A stretch of DNA of 64,000 nt from Cladosporium halotolerans. Taxonomy: Eukaryota. The stretch covers positions 806,001 to 870,000 of the forward strand of contig NW_027191458.1 of NCBI RefSeq assembly GCF_011745625.1. The letters are read 5' to 3'. Below the pieces are notes generated by a model, which saw nothing but the letters and a program-made list of their open reading frames with translations, was not told the DNA's origin and searched no databases. The translations under genes and the position numbers were made by a program. How positions within the stretch are numbered: the first letter of the stretch is position 1; each line of letters begins with the position of its first letter. Positions 47,237 through 60,220 of this stretch are shown here, piece by piece.

Positions 47237-48671
47237 ATGGAGTCCGACGTCCAAGACACCCCCGCAGCAGAACACTACCTCAACCGCCTCCTCCCGCTCC
47301 CCTACCGCATCGCAACCCTCATCGTCCTCGGTACCTCCCTCCCTCCCTCCCCCCCAAAACCAACCCAGCTAACACCCACCAATAGGTTTCTGGCTCTACC
47401 CCCGCACCCTCACCCTCCTAACCTCGCCCCCAACCTCCATCGACCTCCCCTCCCTCCTCCGCCTCCCCGCCTCGCAAACCACAGCCCGCAGCGCAACCCG
47501 CCTCGCCGCGACTCTCACCGCGCCCCTCCTCCTCTCCCTCGCCCTGCACGCGCTCCGCCCCTCCCCCTGGCTCCCGACAACCTACCTCCTCTTCATCCCG
47601 CTCGCGCTGCTGGCGCCGACGGCCGCGCTGTCGCGGCGCGGGCGCGGCAGGTTTCTCAGCACGCTGAGGAGAGTCAGCGTGGGCGGGCTGGCGGGCGAGG
47701 CGGAGGGCCGGTTCGCGGACGTGCTGGTTGCGGATGTGTGGACGAGCTATGCGAAGCCTGGGGCGGACTTGTGGGTTGTCGGGTGTGGGGTTTTCAAAGG
47801 GGGGTTTGGGGGAGGCGCGGGGGAGGGGAGGGTGGATAGGGCTTGTGGCGGGTTGTGGGTTGTTCCTGTGCTGGTTGGGGTGCCGTTTTTGTGAGTGGTT
47901 TCCTTGATTTGGAGGGGGGTTGGGAGGCATTGGGGGGAATTGAATGGGGTGGGATGCGAGAAGCGTTGGCTTGGGGGGATTGGGAACGGGAGGGGAGGCA
48001 TTGGCTTGGGATTCGTGGTCTTTGTGGTTGGTTGGTCGGTTGAAAGGCCTATTTACTGACTCTACGTCCTCTTTCCCAGAATCCGCTTCCGACAATGCAT
48101 CATCGAGGCCCTGCGCGCGCGCGACCACGGCAAGACCGGCTTCCAGCACATGGCCAACGCGCTCAAGTACGCGACCGCCTTCCCCGTCCTGATCGTGTCG
48201 GCGCTCAAGCGCGAGAGCCACCCGGACCGCATGTGGGCCAGCGAGACGGGCCTGTCGCGCCTGTGGGTGCTCGCCGTCTTCACCAACTCGCTCTACAGCT
48301 TCTACTGGGACGTCACGAAGGACTGGGACCTGACGCTGTTCTGCTCCGCCGCGGAGCGCAACGCGCCGGATCAGCCGTGGGGGTTGCGCAGGCAGAGGGT
48401 CTTCCAGCCGGATGTGCTGTATTATGCCGCGATTGTGGTCGATCTGCTGCTGCGGTGCACGTGGAGCCTGAAGCTGAGCGTGCATCTGTACCACCTTAAT
48501 GATCTGGAGGGCGGGATTTTCATCATCGAGCTGCTGGAGATCCTGCGCAGGTGGATGTGGGTTTTCTTGCGCGTAGAGACGGAGTGGGTCAGGCAGCGCG
48601 GCGCCGTGACGCTGGACAGCGTGCCGCTGATCGATACCAATGGCCCGCACGCGAAGATAGACGACGACTGA
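47237..48671 (+). CDS. ERD1: EXS-family membrane protein (ERD1-like)
   Basis: Exons 47237-47330, 47386-47890, 48080-48671. LPLPYR, RFADVLVADVWTSYAKP, PFLIRFRQC, HMANALKYATAFP, NSLYSFYWDVTKDWDL, LLRCTW, LEILRRWMWVFLRVETEWV. Confidence 0.87.
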
Positions 48672-48744
48672 GCCCGCGGCGGCTCATGTTTGTCCATAAT
48701 AGACCAAAGAAAGACACCTGTTAGACATCCGGTTTTCTTTCCTC

Positions 48745-49487
48745 TCAGCTGTTTGCTCTCTCCTCCGCGTCCCTGGCCTTCTTCTCTTTCGCGTCGAAGA
48801 TCTTCCGCACGTTGCTCTCGCCGGCAATCCACTTCTCCATCTCTGCGTCCAGCTTGCCCAGATCTTCTTTCTTCGCGTTGGTCTCTTTCAGCAACGCCTC
48901 TTTCCGCTTCTGCAACACCTGCCGCTGCTCCTCCAACTGCTGACGCGCAGCGTGCTCGTCCTGAATCCGCGCAATGGTCAAGTCGTGCTCGTCGCTGTCC
49001 GCATGCTCCGGGTGCGCAACGAGGAACTCCTCCGTGGACGTGAGCGGGAGATTCGTGTAAATGTGGCTATTCACGTCGCGTTAGCATCCCGCCTTCCACA
49101 AAAACTCTAGCAAACAAAGACAACTCACTCGTACTCCTCGCACCCCGTGATCTCCCCGCGCAGGTGCCGCTGCTCGTAGTACAAGTTCTGCAGCTGCAGG
49201 TGCAGCGCGTCGATCTCCTGCCGCGCCTCGCCCGTCTCTTGCTTCGTGCTGCGCACGCCCAGCACGGCGCGCCGGTTCAGCCCGCGCAGCTGCGCTAGGT
49301 GCGTCTCGAGCTTCCTCTGCTGTACTGAGAGAGCGAGTTGTTGGCTGGTGGGGTCGGGGTCGGAGTCAGCGGCGTGGTGCGCGTCGAGGAGGTCGAGGAT
49401 GGCGAGGGATTGTGTGCGGGCTAGGTCCGCGGCTGCGAGGACGGATTGGAGGGAGGGGTCGGTTACGAGGGGTGCTGCGGCGGCCAT
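48745..49487 (-). CDS. THOC5: THO complex subunit 5 / Fms-interacting-protein domain protein
   Basis: Exons 49487-49129 and 49066-48745. LRGLNRRA..TKQETGEARQEIDALHLQLQNLYYEQRHLRGEI..CEEYDH.Y..LPL..EEFL..H..EH.L..ARI.DE..R. Confidence 0.85.
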
Positions 49488-50193
49488 TTTCGGTTTGGTG
49501 GTGGAGTTGTTGTTCGGTTGGTGAGGGGTCTGGAGGCTTGGGTTGCTGCACGAGTGGAGAGCGTCTGCGAGAGATCGATCGGGCGAGCTGCGGTCCGACC
49601 GACGGAGCACGGACGGGCTGGCGAGTGAAGTTCGGCTGCACGAGTCGGGCGGCGTGGTGAGTGAGGTTCAGTAGTTCAGTCCAGTTCAGTAGTGCAGTGC
49701 AGCATGCAGGGCTCGGGCAGCTCGGCACGCGCAGGCCAAGGCCAATGATTCTTCCGGCGCCGAGAAGGCGAACCTGAACTGTCAGGCCGTAGGGCTGGCG
49801 CGAGTGGCTCCAGTGGCTCCCTGCGCTTTTCGCGCCCGATCGCCTCAGCACGGCAAGCGAACCACGAGCCCAGCGAACCCCACCCACGCCCATTCTCCAC
49901 TGCCCGACACCTGCTGGCGAGCCGCCCTCTCATTTGCGCGCCGCCCCTCTGCCTTTTGCACAATCGTCATGTACATATCGCCGCTCTGCCCCCCAACCGC
50001 CTCACTTCCTCACCCACGCTGACACTCCTTCGACCCTGCCTGCTGATTGTTCCGTGCCCTGGCCTCTCGAGACTCGTCCAACTTCGCCACAGCACCCATC
50101 CCATTGCATCCCTAGCCGACCGCCGGCTCATTCGTAAAACATCCATATAATATCTTCCCTGGCCCAGCATTCCGCTGGCCAGACTCCCCGGGC

Positions 50194-51714
50194 ATGACCT
50201 ACAGCAGCCTCTGCACAACCTCGGTAATCACCGAAAGCCGTGAAGAACCCACCGTGGGAGCGACGTCCGGCCTACGACTCGAGCACGACGCCGACCGAGC
50301 ACGCAAGAGGCGGAGGCATTCCTCTTACCAGCCGCGGAGTTGGAGCGCCGACCGCGAGAATGTCCACATCCTGGTCGACCGCTTCCTGGCCGACCTCGGG
50401 CGTCGGCTCGAGATCATCGAGACCTATGGACACCTGAAAATCGACGAGGGCATGAAAGCCGCTTACGGCACTCTGCATGCGGTGCACGACAGTTGCACGC
50501 ACATCAGCGATGACATTATCGACGCTGGGCGGAGGAGGGCGAAGGTGCTCGTGGAGACTATGGAGGGGCACTACAGGGGAGCGCTGGCGCGGAAAGAGAC
50601 GCTGGAAGGGAAGGTCAAGGAAGGCGTAAAATTGGCTGACAGCCTGCTCACGGAGTTCGAGAAGAAGGCCTTTGATTTCCGGAAAGCTGGACTTGTCGCT
50701 ACTGCACACGATATGCTGGATTCTGGTAAAGCGTACGGCAAGGCTACCATGGACAATGCCTCCCACAAGGCCGCGGACATGATGATCGAAGGTGCGGATG
50801 CTGCCAGGCGAGCGAAAGAGGCCCTCAAGACTAGGATCGAAGAGGCTGTTGCTCTTGCGCGCAAGCAGGGCACTATCACATACGAAACCCTGCCTGAGCC
50901 CTGGCGTGTCAACCCTCATATTCTCCGCGGATACCGTTTCTCGGAGAATAAGCTGGAGTGCATCCAGTCCTGCTTCACCACCTTTTCAAACGAGACCGTC
51001 AACATCTGGTCCCACGCCATTGGCCTGGTCATAGTCCTCGCCATAGCTTTCTACTTCTACCCTATCTCACCGGCATTCGCCAACGCCACCAAGTTCGACA
51101 TCTTCATCGCCGGATGCTTCTTCTTCGCAGCTTGCAAATGCCTGGTCTGCAGCACAATGTGGCACACTATGAACTCCATCTCAAACCAGACCCTCCTCGA
51201 ACGCTTCGCGTGCGTCGACTACACCGGCATCTCCCTCCTCGTCGCCGCCTCAATCATGACGACAGAGTACACAGCCTTCTACTGCGAACCCACCAGCCGC
51301 TGGGTCTACCTGACCCTGACCCTCCTCCTCGGCGTCTCCGGCTCCATCCTCCCCTGGCACCCGACCTTCAACCGCTCCGACATGGCCTGGATGCGCGTTG
51401 GCTTCTACGTCACGCTCGCCGCCACCGGCTTCTTCCCCGTCCTGCAGCTCACGCTCGAGCGCGGCTGGGCCGCCACCACGTACTTCTACGCGCCCATCTC
51501 CAAGTCCATGCTCGTCTATCTCAGTGGAGCCGTGCTGTACGCCGCCAAGCTGCCGGAGCGCTGGATGCCCGGCGCCTTCGATTACGTGGGCGGAAGCCAC
51601 AATATCTGGCACATTGCTGTGCTGGGCGGCATTCTGTTCCACTACACGGCTATGCAGGCTTTCTTCCGCGAGGCTTTTAAGAGGGCTGAGGCGGGCGGAT
51701 GCTCGGCTTATTAG
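50194..51714 (+). CDS. PAQR / haemolysin-III family membrane protein (IZH-like)
   Basis: LPEPWRVNPHILRGYR, SNETVNIWSH, STMWH, DYTGI, PERWMPGAFDYVGGSHNIWH. About 7 TM segments after a long soluble N-terminus. Confidence 0.92.
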   Translation: MTYSSLCTTSVITESREEPTVGATSGLRLEHDADRARKRRRHSSYQPRSWSADRENVHILVDRFLADLGRRLEIIETYGHLKIDEGMKAAYGTLHAVHDSCTHISDDIIDAGRRRAKVLVETMEGHYRGALARKETLEGKVKEGVKLADSLLTEFEKKAFDFRKAGLVATAHDMLDSGKAYGKATMDNASHKAADMMIEGADAARRAKEALKTRIEEAVALARKQGTITYETLPEPWRVNPHILRGYRFSENKLECIQSCFTTFSNETVNIWSHAIGLVIVLAIAFYFYPISPAFANATKFDIFIAGCFFFAACKCLVCSTMWHTMNSISNQTLLERFACVDYTGISLLVAASIMTTEYTAFYCEPTSRWVYLTLTLLLGVSGSILPWHPTFNRSDMAWMRVGFYVTLAATGFFPVLQLTLERGWAATTYFYAPISKSMLVYLSGAVLYAAKLPERWMPGAFDYVGGSHNIWHIAVLGGILFHYTAMQAFFREAFKRAEAGGCSAY

Positions 51715-52087
51715 GTTTGGGGTATTTCACTTCTCGCTCTCGTGGCGCGAGCCGCGCGATAGATTTCTTGTTCGACTTTCACTTTATTTGACTGCGTTCT
51801 GAGCGTTTCAGCGGGCATCATTAGCATTTGCACAGAATTGGAAGAGGCCTCGGCACTAGCATAGGTAGTGGCAAGGATAACATCGCAAAAAAGCTGGCTT
51901 TCGAGCAAGACTCTTCACGTCTGACCGCTGATTTGACAATTTGACATACGCTCTCCGGGCGCAGATGTGCACCAGGAGGGTTAGTAGTGCAGAAAGATCA
52001 ATCCTTCCCTCCCGATGATTGCGGAAGGGGATAGTTCACACGAGAAGTCCACCTCGACATCATCTCCTCGCGCTCTCCTCCCGCTCC

Positions 52088-55000
52088 TCACCCCTCCATA
52101 CCCTGTTCCTGTCCCCCTCCCCCCTCCTTCCCCACCCTCACCCTCAACCCCTCCCTCAAAAACCCGCTCCTCCCCACCACCCTCCCCGCCAACCCCCTCA
52201 CGCTCTCCGCCCCCATCAGCTCAAAAACGCTCACCGCCGCGCCCGCCCTCCGCTGGATCCAATTCCGCAGCTCCACTGCCACAAGACTGTCCACCCCGTG
52301 CGCGCTCACCGGCCGCGAGGCATCGATGTCTTCGACCGGGACGCCGAGCGCGCGCGCGAGTTTGCTTGCCAGCGCGTGCGTGAGAGCTGAGGTCGCGGAG
52401 GCGAGGGTAGGGGCGGAGCGGAGGAGGAGCGGGAGGGAGGTTTCTTCTGCCGAGGAGGGGGAGGCGTCGCCGGAGGGCGCCAGGCCGTGCCGCAGGGTGT
52501 GCGTGAAGCGCGCGTCGTGCTGCCAGATGGGGTCTTGGATTGCGTTGCGCTGCAGGTAGGCGCCTGTCGCGACGCCCGTAATGATTTGCGCGGGCGTGCG
52601 CTGGCCGCCGGAGCTGTGGCCTGTGATGGCTGCTTTGAGCAGGCGGTGCAGCTGCGCTTCTTGGATGGACAGCACGCCTGCTGCCTTGAGGCCCGCGATA
52701 AGCTCTGGGTTCTCGGCGACGACGCCGACGCCGAGCACGGCGGTGACGTCGATGCAGACGGCGGGGAGGCCGCGGGCGCGGCGGTGGCGGGCGAGGGCGT
52801 CTTGGTAGGCGTTGCCGGCGGCGTAGTTGGTTTGGCCGCGCATGCCGCCTTCGCCGGCGATGCTGGAGAGGAGGACGAGGAAGTCGAGGGAGGGCGGGAG
52901 GTGGGTGTGGAGGTTGTGGCTGCCTTGGATTTTGGGGCGGAGGCTGGCGAGCCAGTCGCCGTGGGTCATGTTTTCGAAGAGCGCGTCGTGGAGGACCATG
53001 GCGGCTTGGATGGCGCCTTTGATGGGTGGGTGGGTTTTGGCGAGGGAGGAGAGGGTGAGGGTGAGTTGGGCTTCATCTGCGACGTCGCAGGCCATCGCTG
53101 TTGCGGATACGGCACCGCTTTGCGTCAAGGCATTGAGGAAGTCTTGTGCTTCCTGAGTTCTGCCACCTGACCTGGAGAGGAAGACTAGATATTTCGCCCC
53201 GTTATCGACAAGCAGCTTTGCAATGCTGCGTCCCAGTCCACCTAGGCCTCCCACGATGATGTAAGTCGCCTCTTCGTGAAGTGCAGAAGACAGTGGATTA
53301 GGATCTTCTGCTATGATCGGAACGAGGTCTGTTTCTTTGGCAACAAGGGCAATAGCGTTGGCTCTCTCTCGGTCTTCGTAAACCTGTCGGTATGCTGTGT
53401 TCAGCGACGTCAACGGCATCTCCACCACCAGTCCGGCGAGATTCGCTGATTCTCGGCTGATCAGAGCGAGCGCTTCAGCAGTTGCCTGGCGGAAAGCCCG
53501 AGGTCTGTGTTTGCGGACTGAATCCAGATCGACTGTGACGAGCGTTGCATTGCTGTGCATCGGCATCCGTTCAAGATTCGGTTTCTTGATGAGGCTGTTG
53601 GGTAACACTTGAACAAGTCGACCGAAGTCTGCGAGGCAATGCCATAGATTCTTCACATAGCTGGACGTCATGTCACAGAAGATCACGTCCCATTTCGTCG
53701 TACCCAAGCCACCTTTTGAGGTGAACATTACCTTGTCCAGAACACGGTTGGCAGGTAGCCCATGCTTCTCGATCAAAGCTTGTCGACTCTTCGAGTCCTC
53801 CACGAGGATAAAAGCGTCAGCTCCTTGGTACTTTGCGAACAACAACGCAGCTTGGCCAATTGGCGACAACGGGTCTTCGATCAAGCAACTTTCCCCCCGT
53901 TCGATTCGGGCAGCCTGTAATAGCGCGTACTGTGCGGTAGCAAACTCGAAAGTCAACCCAACAGCATGCGAAAATGGCATACCCTGGGGAATCACGTGCA
54001 GATTCTCGGCACGTACACGCGAGACATTCCTGAGAGAGCCGGGCTGGAGGAAGACGACTCTGTCGCCAACCGTCGCATCGGTCGATTGATTGCCAATAGC
54101 AGTGATTGTTCCTGCCGCGCTGTAACCGAAGGTCAGGCTGTCGGTCTCTCCTGACATGGCCATTGCGTCGAGTGGATGAACACCCCAAGCCGCAGCGGTA
54201 ATCTCGACTTCAGCGTCAGGGAGATCCATAGCCCATGGAGCCGGACGAAAATACAGGCTGTCGAAATTACCGGGGGTCTGGATTTTGCACTGGAGTGGTC
54301 CTGACTTAGAGAATAGACTGAGCTCTGTTCGAAGCTTCTCCGTCACAACCGCATCGTTGAGAGAGTCCTCTGGCACCATTCTTGGAATCAGAATTTTGCC
54401 ATCTCGTTCCGCAAACTCGTATTCCTGATCATAAGCCTCGTCGTAAAGTATCTTGCTCAGAAGCCTGATAATCAATCGTGCCGCGAGATCGTTATCAATC
54501 TGCAGTAAGCCTGCCGAAAGATCAATGGCGTATGGCTTCAACCGACTGTCTTCGTACCGCAGCGCTCGCAGAACGCCCATGATCGAAGCAGCGCCGGGAT
54601 TCGAGCTTTCCACTTGTCCTCCTTCTGTGATCCAAAGCAGCTTCTGATTCTCGCTCAAGATGTGCTTCATTGCTGTCAGGTCGAACTCTGTCCAGTCTTG
54701 TACACCAAAGGACGAGAGCCCGAGCAGGCTGATCACGATGCAATCTTTGACGCCTCGAGAGATTGCCTCTTCTAGGGAAAGGGTGATCACAGGCTTCTCG
54801 AGGGTCTCGCTCACCAATTTCGCGATTCTGCTTGCTGGCAGCTCCATTTCACCGCCATTGGTTTCACGCAAAAGCAGGATGTCGTTGATTGGTTGCTTGA
54901 CTGTGAGAGCTTGCCTTGTTGCGAACAGAACCGACCGTGTAGGCCATTCGACCGCCGGCATCACATTCGTAGGCAATGCCAGGTCAAATCCGTGGCGTCC

Positions 55001-58000
55001 AATTTCAGTCTCGAGACTATTCGGTTGATGGCCGTTCGAGCTTCCATTCTGAAGAGTCTCTTGGACCGTACCTGATGTAGGAGGCGGACAATGGTCTTTT
55101 GCAATCACAAGTTTGCCATTTGGCTTCAGGAAACGATGGATTTGTTGCAGAGTCTGTTTGAAACCTTGTCTCTGGATCACAGAATCAGAGGTGATGACGA
55201 TGTCGAAAGACGCAGGGAAGAATTCTTGTTCCTCCAGACTGGTGCCAAAATCGAAAGCTTTCTGCTCGATGGTAGGTGCGAACTGTTCAAGGGCCGAAAA
55301 AGCCTCTCCAGTACGGACATATCTCTTCACGCGAGGGATGGAACCTTCTGGCTGCACCAGCGTGTCGAAGATCGTCTCGGTAAACTCGAAGCTGTTCAGC
55401 CCGAGCTCCAACAGTTCGAGGTCTGGGTTCTTGAAGCCAGCAAGATCGATGTACATGCCTATGGTCACGCTCGAGGACAGTTCAGAGGAGCTCTGGAAGA
55501 AACCATCGGAAAGCAAGCCTGCATCTTCCTTCCAGATGGCTTGACTGCAGATCATTTCTTGGAGATCTTGGTCTCCCGCATCCTGAGAATTGTCGATTGC
55601 AGAGCACACAAGACCGTCAACGATTACCATTGTCTTCTTGCTGCCGGGATGATGCATAGTTGAAGAGCCTTTGACAGCTCGTAAGCCGAAGTCCTGCATT
55701 GATGCGACAGCAGAGAACTCCTCGCCAGCGGCGCGTGAAATGGCGGCATCGACGTAAACATAGTCGATGCTTGTCGGTACTTTCTGGCTGCTCCCAGATG
55801 GTAAAGCGAATACCATCGACTGGAAAAGAGCGTCCAGTGTTGCCGGATGTATGACATGTGGTTGTTCGTGTTGAGCTGGGGGTAACGACTTGATATCCGG
55901 GACTTTGATAGTAGATAGGCTCTTGCCATCATTGCTCAGGGCAATAGCGATGACATTCTGGAAGGCCGGTCCCCACTTCATGCTTTGATTCTCGAACAGC
56001 TCATACAAGCTTCTTGGGGAGCGTACCGTGGTACATTGAAGGCTTGCTTTGGTAGCGTCCACTTCGTCGTTGATGTAACGTCTTACTGCATCCGAGCGGC
56101 GGATTCGCAGAGTGCCGTTGCAGTTCTCTTGCCATGGCGCATCTCCACTGCGGGATGTGATCGAGAAGCCGTATGTATCCTCAATTTCGTCCTGCGGCTC
56201 AAGCGATAGATAGGTCTCAAGGCCACCTCGAGTGATTGGAACGACCATCGCTCGCATGATGCGGACGTCAGTCAGCTCGAACGCAACCACCTTGGTTGAG
56301 TCACTAATCTGTCTCGCTGCTTCCAGCGCCATGACAATCATGCCTGCGCCTGGGTACAAAATCGTGTTCTGCACCTGATGATCAACAAGCCAAGGAATCT
56401 CCTTGGGCCGGAGAAAGCCTCTCCAGCGCATGCTCAGATTGGTCGAAGTTGGATCTGGAGCACCCAAAAGATCCAAACGAGGGTGTTTTCTGAACCTGTG
56501 GGCTTTCATGTGGCTTGACTCCCACCAGTAAGACCGGCTAAGGTTGAAAGAGTACGGCGGTAAGTCAGGCAAGCATTGAGGAAGCTCAATGAAATCCGTT
56601 TCGTTCACGGTCGCGAGGTCCACGGAAACGCCGTGCGTCCACAGTTTGCCAACAGCTTCGATCGCGGACTTGCATGCATTATCGCCACGCGTCAACATGG
56701 ATGCGTAAGGTGGCACTACGCCCAAGGCCGCTTCCATGGTTTGTCTCACCGCACCCCTCAAAGCAGAGTGCGGTCCAATCTCAAGAATGAAGTCAGTCTG
56801 GGCAGCTTCACTCGCTGCGGTCAGGGCTTGTTCGAATCTGACAGGGGAGGTGAGATTGTTGACAAAATAAGCTGCACCGAAACCCGAGGTATGAAACTTC
56901 GAACCTGTCACAGAGGAGAAGAATTGAGCATGGCCTTCATTAGCTTTGCCAATCTGGAGGCCAGCGAGAGCGTTTGCGTAAATTCCGGCTGCATTTTCCA
57001 TGAAGGTAGAGTGATATGCGCAATCAACTCTAAGCACCCGGTTGAAGGCTTGCAATTTGTCTAGCGCGACATGAAGTGCTTCGATTGACATAGAATCACC
57101 AGAAACGGTCGTGTTCTTTGGGCCGTTAAAGCATGCAAGCTCCAAGGTACCAGAGTGGTTGAGGCGAGTAAAATGTTGCTTCACTTCCGTGGGACCCAAG
57201 CCGACAGCCAGCATCCTCCCAGCAGGAGCCTCAGCCGAAGCCTTGCCTCTATGGTACGCCAACTTCCAAGAACTCTCTCTGCTGATAGCGCCTGCGGCGT
57301 AGGCCGCGGCGATCTCACCTGAGGAATGTCCTACGCATGACGCCGGCGAAACGCCCCAAGACTTCAGAAGATCGACCAAAGCGCATTGCAGAACAGTGCA
57401 AGCCACTTGGCTGACTTCGGGCTCGTCTATGCGAGAAGACTCTTGTGGCTCATTGAGCTCGGCCTTAATGGACCACTGTGCCCCGAGAATCCGCAGAAAA
57501 GCATCAGCTGCTTTGAGCGAGTTGTTAAAAGCAGGATAGCGAGCAAGCTCTCTGCCCATCATCGGCCATTGAGCACCTTGGCCGGTGAAGACGAAGCACA
57601 CTTTGCAGTCCTCGATGATTTTGTCAGCCCGAGGGAGAGTGGAAAGGCAGTGGCTCAACCCCAGCTGGGATTGATCCACTGCGATACTCCTCCATTGGAA
57701 ATGCGTTCTGCGGAGGTTCAGTGTGTAGCAGAAATCGTCCAATGGCGAGTTGCCCCGGAAGCTGTCAGATGACAACGAGGTCTTTGAAAGATGCTTCGCC
57801 AGTATCTCCGCATTCCGCTGTACACCGTCTTGCTCAGGTGCCGAAAGGGCCAGCAAACGATAAGGCAGTGCCAGAGAATTCTTCCCGGACTCGACATGTC
57901 CGGACATTGATGTATCGATATTTGAATGTCCATTGAGGTGGCTCTCGAACGGGGACACTGTGACGTGACGTGCAGACAGCTTGTTCTCACTCGCAAAACT

Positions 58001-59347
58001 GGCAATGTCGTCCAGGATCACGTGAGCAATGGTTCCGCCGAATCCGAAACAATTGACACTAGCCCTTCTCACACCATGCAAGGGCCATTGCATCAACTGA
58101 GTCGGAACAGAAATGCGGTATTTCTCAAGGTCGTTGTTCGGATTTGGTCGCTCAAAGTTCAGATTCCGCGGAATGACACCTTTCTCCACGCTTAAAATGG
58201 CCTTGATGATGCCTGCTAGAGAGGCGGTGCCTTCTAAGTGACCGACGTTTGTTTTGACGCTGCCAACAAGTAAGGGTTGGTCGATCGGACGCGATGGCCC
58301 GAATGCATCGCCAATGGCACCTAGCTCGGCTGCGTCTCCTGCCACTGTTCCTGTGCCGTGCGCCTCAAAGAAACCTGTCTGCGCCATCTCGAGACCAGCC
58401 TTGCGATATGTCGATCGCAACAACGACGCCTGGGCGTCTCGAGAAGCTAAGGTGATACCAGGTGTCTTGCCGTCTTGTGCTACCGCCGATGCGCGTACTA
58501 CAGCACGGATGGTGTCATTGTCAGCAATTGCTTTACTCAAAGGCTTCAGCACAAGGACTGCAAAGCCTTCACCTCGAGCGTAACCTACAAATGTCAGTAG
58601 CGGTCTAGAAACATGTTATAGACTTCTCTAACCATTCGCTCTATGGTCGAACGTGTAGCTCAGACCGTCCGGTGACAGAAAATTGAATGCAGTCATACTC
58701 ATCCAAGGCTCTGGAGCTAGGATGAGATTGACACCAGTAGCAACAGCGCACTCCGCGTCACCAGTACGCAAACTTTCGCACGCGAGATGGAAGGCCACAG
58801 CAGAACCACTGCACCCAGTGTCAAGCGTCATACTTGGCCCTCTTAGATCGAAGAACCAGGAGACACGATTCGCTATCAAAGCGGAACTGTGGCCAGTCGA
58901 GCCGTAAGATGGCTGGTCTTCTGAATCGAACGAGCTGATTTGTTTGTAGTCCGTCATGAAGCACGCAGAGTAGACTGATGTTGACGAGCCGGCCAATGTA
59001 GTCATGGGCATGCCTGCGTTTTCGAAAGCCTGGTACGCGACCTCCAAAAGAATGCGCTGCTGAGGGTCCGTTGCCTCTGCCTCGTCTCTGGTCATGCTGA
59101 AGAATGGAGCGTCGAATTTTGAAATGTCGTCTTTCAAGAAGTATCCCTTCTTCACGTTCATGGTGCCTTGACGCTTTGACGAAGGGTGATAGAAGCTGTC
59201 CACATTAAAGCGATCCTTGGGCACATCCGATACTGCTGTGCGTGCGTCAACCATGAAGTCCCAGAATTTCTCAACATTGACTGCGTCGCCAGGGAACCGA
59301 CAAGCCATGCCCACTACGGCGATGGGCATGTCGTGGTCAATTGCCAT
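52088..59347 (-). CDS. Iterative highly reducing type I polyketide synthase, KS-AT-DH-(psi)MT-(psi)ER-KR-ACP, about 2403 aa
   Basis: Exons 59347-58633 and 58584-52088; the 48-nt intron GTTAGA..CTGAC..TAG restores ANGYARGEG. KS DTGCSGS/HGTGT/KTNVGHLEG; AT GHSSGE/AYHS; DH DHQVQNTILYP/HPATLD; KR GGLGGLG/VLHD/NYAAGN; ACP GVDSL. Confidence 0.95.
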
Positions 59348-60220
59348 CTTCAAGTTAGTGATTTGCTAGGTTAGTCCCGCCGAGTAAAATGAAGAGCAAG
59401 CAAATCCAGCTACTTTGCTGTTCTGATAAAAGTTACGTCGGAATGTCAGAAGGACCGTTAATAAATGTCGGCCGTCATTAGCTTCGGCGCTCGCACAGCT
59501 TATATACTGAAACCGAGTGTAGGGCACGAAGTTCTAGCCGCGATCTCGTTCTCGCCATTGATAGTTCAGCTGAAGTGCTGCCAAATGCTCCATTTGGCTA
59601 GAGCCTGCGTAAGCCCCTCAGACCCCATGATCCTTTTCCAAAAATTGGTAGTGCTACCAGGGTAGCCAGCATCGGCACTATATCAGCGATTGGTGTGCGT
59701 CCTAAGCGTGTGTTGGCGGGATTTTAGGCGAGCGCCCGGACTCGTCCATGGCGATAGCTCACGACTAGGTCGGTTCTGTTGTAAGAATACGGCTTTGATG
59801 TCCTAGATTTTCTAAGCGCAATGTGAGAAGAGGCAAGCATCACATTCACCCTTGCGACTCGAGTCGGCGATGCAAAACGAGGCTTGCATGTTGCTGTCAA
59901 GAGATCTTGGGTTCTGTGTCCCTCACTGAGTGGCGCTTGCATGGCCGCGGCTGGAGCTGAGGATGCATGGCCTTTGCAACTTGTCACGGCGCCTACTGCG
60001 CGATGCCATACCCGAGAGACATAAAATTGCTCCCGGGAGTTATTTCGAGAGCTACAATCGCTTTTATCCGGAGAGAGTGAAGCGAGCATTTGCTGACGCC
60101 GTTAATGAAGTGTCGTTTCCGGGATCCGCCAAGGACACTGGAGGCAGCTCGCCGTTCTCGCTCCAACTTCACGTCCCGCGCCCCGCAGCGGGTTGATCAC
60201 AACCACCATCAAACGTGACC

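Noticed and set aside
47418..48650. 410-aa antisense ORF over ERD1, and similar long antisense or off-frame ORFs (26070-26996, 39839-40597, 5091-5726, 43477-44352, 52487-53170)
   Set aside because: These are shadows of GC-rich, codon-biased real genes. The translations are Pro/Arg/Gly-rich with no recognisable motifs.
49665..49710. Degenerate short repeat (GTTCAGTA/GTGCAG) between THOC5 and PAQR
   Set aside because: Short low-complexity promoter sequence with no spacers or conserved unit, so it is not a CRISPR-like array.
52088..53070. PKS KR-ACP end differs in composition from the rest of the gene, suggesting a chimeric or horizontally acquired gene
   Set aside because: The same local GC-rich skew island occurs in many housekeeping genes in this window, so it is not evidence of chimerism.
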